Source of the DNA: Roseibacillus sp.
Lineage (GTDB): Bacteria > Verrucomicrobiota > Verrucomicrobiia > Verrucomicrobiales > Akkermansiaceae
NCBI GenBank assembly: GCA_965242925.1
Contig: CBDEUM010000030.1
Location: forward strand, 192,001-256,000
Reading direction: 5' to 3'
DNA length: 64,000 bases
The notes beneath the pieces were generated by a model. The model searched no databases, was not told the DNA's origin, and saw only the letters and a list, made by a program, of their open reading frames with translations. Shown one piece after another: positions 18,802 through 27,462 of the stretch (positions are counted from its first letter, which is position 1; the number at the start of each line of letters is the position of its first letter). The translations under genes and the position numbers were made by a program.

Positions 18802-19836
18802 TCACTCCTCCCGGACCCGCCAGAACAACGCCGACCGGCTTTCCGCTTCGGCAGAAAGAATAATCCTGACCGGGGCCCCGGTTCCCTGCACACCGGACCG
18901 TCGTATTCGCCACCTCACCAGGTTCGGGGATTCCTCCACGAGGTAGAATTTGCCGGCCGCGGTGCTGAAGGTCAGGGAGATGCCTTCCAGAGACCCCAGA
19001 GGGGGAAAAATGGGACTGAGATTCAGGATCGAAAGCGCAGTGCGCACCGCGGGGGGATCGGGAAAATCCACCACGCTGTCCAGCCACTCGAGATACTGGG
19101 TCACCCGGGTCTGGTAATCGTAGGCCCCATACTGGCCAACCCTCACCCCCCTCGGACCGTCACCCCAGGAATTGAGTCCCGCGATATGGGACACCCCGTC
19201 GACCTCGATGAAGGCCGGTCCCCCGCTGTCGCCGGCCGCCCCCACGCCCTCCAGGGGGGTCACTCCCTTCTCCCCGGGACGCTCGAAGAGGATCTCAATG
19301 AAGTGCTCGTTGACCTGGCTCACGACGTTGGTGCACTTGCGCAGTTTGCCGTCATTGCTGGCCCCACGTTCTCCCCGCACCCCGGTTCCGCTATCACCCC
19401 GGCCAACGAGCGTGATGACCGATCCGGTCTCCTCCGGTCCTCGGTAAATTGGAAGGGGCGCGACTCCCTGCACTGGCTCCGAGAGGCGCACAAGGGCGAT
19501 GTCATACTCGTCCCGTCTCCGGTTCCACTGGGGGTGCAGGATCACTTCCGCCACCGTATACGCCACTCCATTGACCTGGAGCACCTTTCCCGCATTCACT
19601 TCCGCCGCACAGTGGGCCACGGTGAGGAGGTAGGACTCGTGGACGAGGGTGGCGGTGCAGTCTCCCCTCTCGATGAGATCCACGAGGGCCGGGTAGTCCG
19701 AGTCAGCAACAACGTAATCGGAATCGGGCAGATCATCGCGGATGATGATCCCCGACGCGGTCGGCAGGAAAAGTAACCACAGAGCCACCACTGCGAGGCC
19801 ACGGCTCATGCCCCGTAAAGCTGAGTGCATGCCCAA
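18802..19836 (-). CDS. Secreted trypsin-like serine protease with C-terminal domain
   Basis: LTVAHC, DIALV, GDSGGP catalytic triad; signal peptide; start may be 19830 or 19809. Confidence 0.88.
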   Translation of the reverse strand: MGMHSALRGMSRGLAVVALWLLFLPTASGIIIRDDLPDSDYVVADSDYPALVDLIERGDCTATLVHESYLLTVAHCAAEVNAGKVLQVNGVAYTVAEVILHPQWNRRRDEYDIALVRLSEPVQGVAPLPIYRGPEETGSVITLVGRGDSGTGVRGERGASNDGKLRKCTNVVSQVNEHFIEILFERPGEKGVTPLEGVGAAGDSGGPAFIEVDGVSHIAGLNSWGDGPRGVRVGQYGAYDYQTRVTQYLEWLDSVVDFPDPPAVRTALSILNLSPIFPPLGSLEGISLTFSTAAGKFYLVEESPNLVRWRIRRSGVQGTGAPVRIILSAEAESRSALFWRVREE

Positions 19837-19954
19837 GCTTGCTATGGAAACAAGGGAATTACCAGATCCGGGTTGCAGGGATGGAAAAGCCCGGAAGCTC
19901 CCTCCCGGACGAGACTTTCCCCCACGAATCCACGAAGCGTTGCGGGCAGGGTTC

Positions 19955-21460
19955 CTACTTCCTCCCGCACCTCTTGAGGATGGCCTTCACGAGGCCGGGG
20001 ATATCGCTTTCGGCGGCCTCAATCTCGGGCTCATGGCCCTGTTCGCGCAACTTACCACTGGTAACGGGACCGATGCTGGCGGCCTTGCAACCCTCCGGCC
20101 AGGGTAACCCGAGGGCAAAAAAGCTCTCCACCGTGGACCCGCTCGTGAAGGTGATCACATCGGCTCCGTCTTCGCTGAGACGCTCCACCGCCCCGGTGGG
20201 ATCCCCGCTCTCCGGAACGTTGCGATAGGCAATGCACTTGTCCACGATGGCCCCCTGCTTCATGAGCTCCTCGTAGAGGATATCCCGTGTTTCCTCCGCC
20301 TTCACCCACAGGACCGTCTGGCTATCGACGTGTTCCCTGCTGAAAGCCTCCACCAGGCCCTCCGCCACGAAGGTCTCGGGAAGCAGGTCAGTGGCGAAGC
20401 GATACTCCGCGATTTTCTTCGCCGTGCTCGGGCCGATCGCCGCAATCTTCGGCTTGCCGAAACTGCGGGCGTCGTCGTAGGCCGCAAAAAAGGCGTCAAA
20501 GAAGCGTTCCACCCCGTTGGGACTGGTAAAGACCACCCAGTCGTAGGTGTGCACGTCGGCAATCAGCCGGGAAAACTCCACCCGGTCCTCCGGCGGCTCG
20601 ATACGGATGGTCGGCAACTCGACCACATCCGCTCCCAGTTCCAGCAACCGCGCGCTCAACTCCCCGGCCTGCTCCCGGGTGCGGGTCACCACCACCCGCT
20701 GACCGAACAAGGGACGCGACTCAAACCAGTTGATCTTGGCCCGCTCCTTCACCACCTCTCCCAGGATGGCGACCGCCGGGGACTTGAACTGTTCCTTCTC
20801 CGCGATCTCCGCCATGGTGGCCAGCGTGCCCTCAATGGTGCGCTGCCGTCCGGTGGTGGCCCAGCGCGTCAGGGCCATGGGCGTCCCGGGATCGGCTCCG
20901 TGCTCGATCAAGGCAGCGGTAATCTCTGCCAACCGCGAGACCCCCATGAGAAAAACCCGGGTCCCGTCCGCCTCTGCCAGTTTACGATAGTCGAGACTGG
21001 TTTCCTCCTTGGTCGGATCCTCGTGGCCGGTGAAGATGGTGAGCTGAGAGCAGTGATCGCGGTGAGTGACCGGAATCCCCGCATAAGCGGCCCCGCCAAT
21101 CGCCGAGGAAATTCCCGGCACGATCTCGAAGGGCACCCCCGCCTCAGCCAGTTCGGCAGCCTCTTCCCCTCCCCGCCCGAAGATCATGGGATCCCCTCCC
21201 TTCAGGCGCACCACCGTTTTCCCTTCCTTCGCCTTTTCCACGATCAGGGCGTTGATTCCCTCCTGGGGGAGGGCGTGATCCGCTGCGCGCTTGCCCGCAA
21301 AAATCTTCTCGCACCCCTTGGGCAGCCAGTGAAGGAACTCTGCACTGCTGAGGGCATCGTAGATGAGCACGTCCGCCTTCACGAGACACTCCCGTCCCTT
21401 CACGGTCAGCAGGCCGGGATCCCCCGGCCCAGCCCCTACGAGGTAACATTTTCCAGTCAT
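19955..21460 (-). CDS. cobA: Uroporphyrinogen-III C-methyltransferase / uroporphyrinogen-III synthase fusion (CobA-HemD)
   Basis: LVGAGPGDPGLLT, RLKGGDPMIFGRGGEE; C-terminal HemD FTSPNGV, AAIGPSTA. Confidence 0.93.
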   Translation of the reverse strand: MTGKCYLVGAGPGDPGLLTVKGRECLVKADVLIYDALSSAEFLHWLPKGCEKIFAGKRAADHALPQEGINALIVEKAKEGKTVVRLKGGDPMIFGRGGEEAAELAEAGVPFEIVPGISSAIGGAAYAGIPVTHRDHCSQLTIFTGHEDPTKEETSLDYRKLAEADGTRVFLMGVSRLAEITAALIEHGADPGTPMALTRWATTGRQRTIEGTLATMAEIAEKEQFKSPAVAILGEVVKERAKINWFESRPLFGQRVVVTRTREQAGELSARLLELGADVVELPTIRIEPPEDRVEFSRLIADVHTYDWVVFTSPNGVERFFDAFFAAYDDARSFGKPKIAAIGPSTAKKIAEYRFATDLLPETFVAEGLVEAFSREHVDSQTVLWVKAEETRDILYEELMKQGAIVDKCIAYRNVPESGDPTGAVERLSEDGADVITFTSGSTVESFFALGLPWPEGCKAASIGPVTSGKLREQGHEPEIEAAESDIPGLVKAILKRCGRK

Positions 21461-22458
21461 TGATTTTTCCTTCTAGGTTCACCGCCGCGTGCCAGTCCTG
21501 CCAATAATCTTGCTGCCAACCCCTCGCTGTCCTCCCCCTCTCCGGACACCTCGCCCACAAGGGGCTCCGGTTCATCATCCTCGAATACCACCGCCCGCAG
21601 GAGGAGATTACCAGTCCCCCCGCCCTCGTCATCCTTTCTTATCATCGTCCCATTCACTCCCACCGGGGTGTCACACCCGGCCCCCAGCAGAGCGAGAAAA
21701 CTACGTTCCGCCCGCACGGTCAACATGGACTCTGTATCGTTCACTGCTTCGCACGTCGAGAGTGCCCCGTCATCACCAGCCCGGATTTCAAGGGCCACCG
21801 CTCCCTGCCCCCCCGCAGGCACAAAGCTCTTTTCATCCAGTTCCTCGGCGTAGGCCTCCTTCCCCTCACTTGCCACCAGTCCGTCCCCCAGCAATCCAAG
21901 CCGGGCCAATCCCGCCTGGGCCAGCAGGAGTCCGTCAATCTCCCCGGACTCGTGCAACTTGCGGATCCTCGTGGGGACATTCCCCCGGATATCAACCACC
22001 TGCAGGTCCGGGCGCAGGGACTCTAACAGGCGGCGGCGGCGCACGGAACTGGTGGCCACCGTTGCGCCCTTGCGCAAACCACCCAGGCCTCCCTCTTCCG
22101 TTGTAACAAGAACATCCCGCACCGCGGCCCGGGGCAGGACCGCCGCGATGGCAAAGTCTTCCTCCAGCACACTGGGAACGTCCTTCAGGCTATGCACCGC
22201 CACATCGATCTCGCCCGCCTCCAGGGCCAGTTCAAGCTCCTTGATAAAGATCCCCTTGTCCACCTGCGCAACCTGGGCCACCTCGCTGAGGGGAACATCC
22301 GTCCGCTGGTCCCCGGTGGTCTTGATGATCCGGCGCTCGATCTCAAGTCCGGGCCAGGCCCCCCGCAGGGCCTCCTCGACCATGCCGGCCTGGACCAGGG
22401 CAAGGGCACTGCCCCGCGTTCCCAGCACGATCCTTCCCTGCCCTGCCTTCTCACTCAC
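21457..22458 (-). CDS. hemC: Hydroxymethylbilane synthase
   Basis: LGTRGSALALVQA, KGIFIKELE, AVHSLKDVP, RGNVPTR, LGAGCDTPVG. Confidence 0.95.
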   Translation of the reverse strand: MSEKAGQGRIVLGTRGSALALVQAGMVEEALRGAWPGLEIERRIIKTTGDQRTDVPLSEVAQVAQVDKGIFIKELELALEAGEIDVAVHSLKDVPSVLEEDFAIAAVLPRAAVRDVLVTTEEGGLGGLRKGATVATSSVRRRRLLESLRPDLQVVDIRGNVPTRIRKLHESGEIDGLLLAQAGLARLGLLGDGLVASEGKEAYAEELDEKSFVPAGGQGAVALEIRAGDDGALSTCEAVNDTESMLTVRAERSFLALLGAGCDTPVGVNGTMIRKDDEGGGTGNLLLRAVVFEDDEPEPLVGEVSGEGEDSEGLAARLLAGLARGGEPRRKNQ

Positions 22459-23462
22459 GATTCAAATAATCCACTCTCGACCAGTTCCTGGTCAATGATG
22501 CTCTCGCAAAGCTTGATCTGTTCCTCCCGCTGGCCCTTGGCCTCCAGCGCGATCTCCTTCAGGGTATCGATATCGTAGAGATAGACCTCCTCGATCTCTC
22601 CCACTTCCGGTTCAATGTCGCGCGGAACCGCAATGTCGATCAGGAACAACGGCCGGTAGCGACGTTGGCGGCGCACCGCCTCCACGTGACTTCGATCCAT
22701 CACCGCGTGTGGGGCCCCGGTGGAGGATATGACCACGTCCACCTCCTGCAACACGTCCTGCCAGTCGTCGAAACGCACGGCCTCGCCGGCCAGCTCCTCG
22801 GCCAGCTCCTCGGCCCGCTCGGACGAACGGTTTGTCACAAAGATGCTGCGTGCGCCCCGCGACAGCAGACTCCGGGCGGTGGTGCGGCTCATTTCCCCCG
22901 CCCCGATCACCATCACCCGGCTGTTACGTAGATGGCCGAAGATCTTTTCGGCGAGGTCAACCGCCACGCTCCCCACCGAGGTCTGCCCTTCCTGGATCCC
23001 GGTGTGGGTCCGCACCTTCTTCCCGATCCCGAAGGCCTTCTGGAAAAGCTTGTTCAGGGTCCGCGAGGTCGTCCCGCTCTTCAGGGCCACCTGGTAGGCT
23101 TTCTTGACCTGTCCGAAAATCTCGGTCTCCCCCAGCACCATCGAATCAATCCCTGAAACCACGCGGCAGAGGTGCCGGGCCGCTTCTGCCCGATTCTTCT
23201 CATAGAGATGTTCCGTCCTCAGGGCCTCCCCGGCGTGCGCCTGCAGGAAGGAACGCAGATGATCACTCGCCCTCCCGCAGTCCTCCACCGCTGCATAATA
23301 CTCCGTCCGGTTGCAGGTGGAGAGCACCACGCTCTCCTCGATCCCTTCAACCTCGCAGATCCTCACCGCTTCTTCCCCGAGCTTGCTCTCCGATACCGCA
23401 AAGAGCTCCCGTATCTCCACGGGAGCAGTCTGGTGATTGAGACCAAGACAGACGATGTCCAT
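22455..23462 (-). CDS. hemA: Glutamyl-tRNA reductase (short form)
   Basis: GLNHQTAPVEIRE, LSTCNRTE, SGIDSMVLGETEIFGQVK, DIAVPRDIEP. Confidence 0.95.
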   Translation of the reverse strand: MDIVCLGLNHQTAPVEIRELFAVSESKLGEEAVRICEVEGIEESVVLSTCNRTEYYAAVEDCGRASDHLRSFLQAHAGEALRTEHLYEKNRAEAARHLCRVVSGIDSMVLGETEIFGQVKKAYQVALKSGTTSRTLNKLFQKAFGIGKKVRTHTGIQEGQTSVGSVAVDLAEKIFGHLRNSRVMVIGAGEMSRTTARSLLSRGARSIFVTNRSSERAEELAEELAGEAVRFDDWQDVLQEVDVVISSTGAPHAVMDRSHVEAVRRQRRYRPLFLIDIAVPRDIEPEVGEIEEVYLYDIDTLKEIALEAKGQREEQIKLCESIIDQELVESGLFES

Positions 23463-23467
23463 TTTCC

Positions 23468-24235
23468 TTAGACGAACGCGAAGACGAGCAGGGAGAGCAC
23501 GAAGAGGACAATCACACTGCCCGAGAGGCGCCGGGGCGTGATCCCACGCCAGAAGTGCAGGCCGATCACAACGAGATAAGCCAGCCAGGTCACCACCGCG
23601 GCCACGAGGTGCGTCCCATAGGCGCTCTCCCGTTCCATCATGAAGGCGGCCACGATTCCCACCGTGAGGATGCCTGCTCCCAGCGTGGTGAGCCGCACCA
23701 CCGAATCCAACAGCGAGCGCACCGGAGGCAGGTTCCGGAAAAGGGATGAACCCAGCTGGTGCTTCTTGAGCTTCTTGTTGAGCACGAGGAACATCAGGGC
23801 CGCCACCGCCGCCAGCGCAAAGGCCCCGTAGGAGAGAACTGAAAACGCTGCGTGCGACTCGCCCCAGGGATCCACTTCCTCAACCGCCACCGGATGGCGA
23901 TCCATCACCCCCGGCACGAGGGCCACCACCTGGAAAATCGCCACCACGGGTGCGGTAAAGAGTCCGAGGAGGGAGATCCGGTAAGCCGGCCCCACCACGA
24001 GGTAGAAGAGGACCAGCGACCAGGCCAGGAAGGCGAGGATTTCTCCATAATCTCCCAGTGGGCACTTGCCCCGCAATTCGCCCCGTATTCCAAGCACCCC
24101 GAGCTGGCAGAGAAAGGCCAGGAGCATGCAGACAACCGTTCCCCGGTTTCGCGTCCCCGCCCGGACGGACCGCACCCCCAGTGCCCCGCCCAGAACGACG
24201 AGCGCCGTTGCCGCCACCAAAAGCCACTGCGCCAT
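23468..24235 (-). CDS. ccsA: Cytochrome c assembly (CcsA/HemX-like) membrane protein
   Basis: About 8 TM segments, H in GESHAAFSVLSYG, LPP motif; first gene of the hemA operon. Confidence 0.75.
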   Translation of the reverse strand: MAQWLLVAATALVVLGGALGVRSVRAGTRNRGTVVCMLLAFLCQLGVLGIRGELRGKCPLGDYGEILAFLAWSLVLFYLVVGPAYRISLLGLFTAPVVAIFQVVALVPGVMDRHPVAVEEVDPWGESHAAFSVLSYGAFALAAVAALMFLVLNKKLKKHQLGSSLFRNLPPVRSLLDSVVRLTTLGAGILTVGIVAAFMMERESAYGTHLVAAVVTWLAYLVVIGLHFWRGITPRRLSGSVIVLFVLSLLVFAFV

Positions 24236-24484
24236 GGCCTTTCCATGCTCCCCGACACCTCTTCATGCAAGTGAAACCTCCGTGCTTGCAGAGTAATTTT
24301 GTCAGCCCTGAAACCGGTCCGTGCTCCATCCGAATCCAACCCTTCCGTGAAATCACGAACCGGGATGCCAACCAGACCCCCTGTTTCCAAGGCAATCTCC
24401 ACTCCGGAGGAGGCCGTTCGTTATCGGAGCAACCCTTGAAAATTTGTCTGTCCCCTCCCCCCCCCAGCGAGCTAAGCAAACTCC

Positions 24485-25009
24485 ATGTCCGACGCCGAAA
24501 CTCTGCGCTCTGCACTTCGCGATATCCCCGATTTCCCGAAACCAGGGATCATCTTCAAGGACATCACTCCCATCCTCGGGAACGGCGAACTATTCCAGAC
24601 CTCCATCCGACTGCTGGCGGAAACCGCCAGGGATGCAGCAATCGACAAGGTGGTGGGCATCGATGCCCGCGGCTTCATTTTCGCGGCAGCGGTAGCGGAT
24701 CGCCTCAAGGCCGGCTTTGTGCCCATCCGCAAGAAGGGGAAACTGCCCTGGAAAACCCGGGAGGCCAGCTACACCCTCGAATACGGCGAAGCCGTGATGG
24801 AAATCCACCAGGACGCGGTGAATCCCGGTGAGAAAATCCTGCTGGTGGACGATCTCCTCGCCACCGGCGGCACTGCAGCCGCGGCAGTCCGGCTCCTTAA
24901 CCAGGCGGAGGCGGAAATCGTTTCCGTTTCCTTCCTTATTGAACTGACCTTCCTGGAGGGACGGGCCAAGCTGGGCGATCACGCCATTTCCTCCGTGTTA
25001 TCCTACTAG
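24485..25009 (+). CDS. apt: Adenine phosphoribosyltransferase
   Basis: IPDFPKPGIIFKDITP, GIDARGF, VDDLLATGGT. Confidence 0.97.
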   Translation: MSDAETLRSALRDIPDFPKPGIIFKDITPILGNGELFQTSIRLLAETARDAAIDKVVGIDARGFIFAAAVADRLKAGFVPIRKKGKLPWKTREASYTLEYGEAVMEIHQDAVNPGEKILLVDDLLATGGTAAAAVRLLNQAEAEIVSVSFLIELTFLEGRAKLGDHAISSVLSY

Positions 25010-25092
25010 CGGGAAGGAAAAGCCCCGGAAAGACCGCACCCCGAGGTGTTTTTCCCGATAGCGCTTCTGCCTGAGTCGCGTTAGCCTGAATC

Positions 25093-27351
25093 ATGCGGCG
25101 ATTCTCTGTCTCCCTATTCTCTCTGGCCTGCACCCTGTCCGCTGCGCTCTGCCAGGACCTTCCCGAACCGGACAAGGAACCACCCGGCGAGGGAGCCAAA
25201 GAGTCCTCCACGCCCGGGGAAACCGAAACCACTCCGGACCAGACGGCCCAGTCCGTGGAGGAGTTGGCTCGCCTGGCACGTCGTTCTGCAGTGGTTATCC
25301 GCCATGGTGGGCGCACCGGGGGAGAGGGCGGCACCGGAAGCGGCTTCGTGATCTCTGAGCAGGGCCTGATCGCAACCTGCGCCCATGTCATCGGGGAGTC
25401 CCGCCCGCTCACCGTTCATTTTGATGACGGATCCGAGCACAAGGTCACCAGCATCCATGCCTGGGATGCCAAGCTCGATCTCGCCGTCCTGCAGATCGAC
25501 TGCGGCGACAAGACGCTCATGCCAATCAGGCTGGCGGAAGCCAACTCCATCACCCAGGGTGCCGAGGTGGTAGCCATGGGCGCGCCACACGGCCTTGAGT
25601 TCAGCGTGGTAAGAGGCGTCCTCTCTGCCCTGCGGGAGTTCGACGGGCGCGCACTGCTCCAGGTTGCCATCCCGGTGGAACCCGGGAACAGTGGCGGCCC
25701 CCTTCTCGATCGTGATGGACGGGTGCACGGCCTGCTCACCATGAAATCGGCGGTCACTGATAACCTCGGCTTCGCCGTTCCGGTAGAAGCCCTTCACCGG
25801 CTTCTGGAAAAACCCAACACCGTCCCGATGGAGAAGTGGCTCACCATCGGCAAGCTCGATCCAAAGCGTTGGAATACCCTCATGGGATCAAATTGGAAGC
25901 AGCGGGCCGGCCGCATCACGGTCGACAATCCGGGTGACGGCTTTGGCGGACGAAGCCTCTGCCTTTCCCTGCGCGAAGTGCCCGAAATCCCATACGAGGT
26001 AGCAGTCGAGGTCCTCCTTGACGACGAGGCCGGAGCGGCCGGGCTCGCCTTCGAATCAGATGGTGCGGACCGGCACTACGGATTCTACCCCAGTGGCGGA
26101 GGTCTCCGTCTCACCCGTTTCGATGGGCCTGATGTCTTCACCTGGAATATCCTCCAGCAACTCCAGAGCGATGCCTACCAACCAGGCGAGTGGAATCGGC
26201 TGCGCGTGCGAGTGGAAGAAAAGAAAATCACCTGCTTCGTCAATGGGGAGAAGGCAGTCGAACTGGAAGACGGCAATCTTCGTGGCGGACGGGTGGGGCT
26301 GACCAAGTTCCGCCAGACCGAGGCAACGTTCCGTGGCTTCCGACTGGGACCCGATCTCGCGAAGGAGAATGCAGCACCTGATCTGATCGCCAGGATCGAA
26401 AAGCAGATTGGCCGACTCAAACGAAACCCGGGAAATGAAAAAGCCCTCGAACAACTGAGCCAGGCCCCTGCCCTCGCCCGCCCCCTTCTCAAGCGCGAAG
26501 TGGAATCCCTGCGGGCCCAGGCCGATGCCCTCGAGGAGCAATCCCGTGCCATCCATCGACGAGCGATTGCGGATGAAATCACCAGGACGCTGGCCGGCGA
26601 CGAGGGCGACCGCGTCTTCCGGGCGGGACTCCTGATCGCCCGCCTCGACAACACTGAAATCCGGGTAGACGACTACCTTGAGGAAGTTGATCGCATGGCA
26701 TCCGAGATCGAGGCCCGCATTCCCGGGCAGGCCGGGATCACCGAGAAGGTCGAAGCGGTCGCGACCTATCTTTTCAAGGACAACGGTTTTCACGGGAGCC
26801 GAAGCGACTACTACAATCGCTCCAACAGCTACCTGAACGAAGTGATCGATGATCGTGAAGGCATACCCATCACCCTTTCCCTTCTTTTTGTCGAACTGGC
26901 ACGACGGGTGGGCGTAGAGATGCACGGACTGGGCCTGCCCGGCCATTTCGCAGCCTGTTACGAAGCAGATGGAAAGCGTATCATCATTGACCCCTTCGAG
27001 GGCGGCGTAACCATGAGCACGGAGGACGCCGACGCTCTCCTCTTCAATGCCGGAATTGAAGGCACCGCAGCCGGGATGGAAGTGGCCAGACCCAAAGAGA
27101 TTGCAACCCGGATGCTTCGCAACCTCCAGTCTATCGCAATCGAGGAGAAGGAGTTCTCCGACGCCCTGAGCTATGTTGGCATCATCATGAACCTCAATCC
27201 CGACTCATCGCAGGACCGACTGAACCGCGCCCTCCTCAATCTGCAGGTTGGAAACACCGAGCAAGCCAAACCGGATCTCCAGTGGATCCTTGATAACGAA
27301 CCGGAGGGCATCCACCTGGGAAGGATCAGGGATCTGTTCGACCGCCTGTAA
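25093..27351 (+). CDS. Secreted trypsin-like protease + DUF1080-like + SirB1/transglutaminase-like + TPR fusion
   Basis: GSGFVI, TCAHV, DLAVL, GNSGGP; GEWNRLRV..CFVNG; NSYLNEVIDDREGIPITLS, GLPGHF, IDPF, RMLRNL. Confidence 0.8.
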   Translation: MRRFSVSLFSLACTLSAALCQDLPEPDKEPPGEGAKESSTPGETETTPDQTAQSVEELARLARRSAVVIRHGGRTGGEGGTGSGFVISEQGLIATCAHVIGESRPLTVHFDDGSEHKVTSIHAWDAKLDLAVLQIDCGDKTLMPIRLAEANSITQGAEVVAMGAPHGLEFSVVRGVLSALREFDGRALLQVAIPVEPGNSGGPLLDRDGRVHGLLTMKSAVTDNLGFAVPVEALHRLLEKPNTVPMEKWLTIGKLDPKRWNTLMGSNWKQRAGRITVDNPGDGFGGRSLCLSLREVPEIPYEVAVEVLLDDEAGAAGLAFESDGADRHYGFYPSGGGLRLTRFDGPDVFTWNILQQLQSDAYQPGEWNRLRVRVEEKKITCFVNGEKAVELEDGNLRGGRVGLTKFRQTEATFRGFRLGPDLAKENAAPDLIARIEKQIGRLKRNPGNEKALEQLSQAPALARPLLKREVESLRAQADALEEQSRAIHRRAIADEITRTLAGDEGDRVFRAGLLIARLDNTEIRVDDYLEEVDRMASEIEARIPGQAGITEKVEAVATYLFKDNGFHGSRSDYYNRSNSYLNEVIDDREGIPITLSLLFVELARRVGVEMHGLGLPGHFAACYEADGKRIIIDPFEGGVTMSTEDADALLFNAGIEGTAAGMEVARPKEIATRMLRNLQSIAIEEKEFSDALSYVGIIMNLNPDSSQDRLNRALLNLQVGNTEQAKPDLQWILDNEPEGIHLGRIRDLFDRL

Positions 27352-27462
27352 ATCCGGAGCCCCCCCCGCACGGCTCCAATCGTCCCTCCTTCATCCCGGC
27401 AGGCCCTCCAACCCCTCATTCGCGACCTTTCCATCTTCCCTCCCTTCCCCCACACTGTCCCC

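Noticed and set aside
22455..23462. Truncated hemA pseudogene
   Set aside because: Catalytic and NADPH-binding motifs are intact and the stop overlaps the hemC start; a short natural form is more plausible
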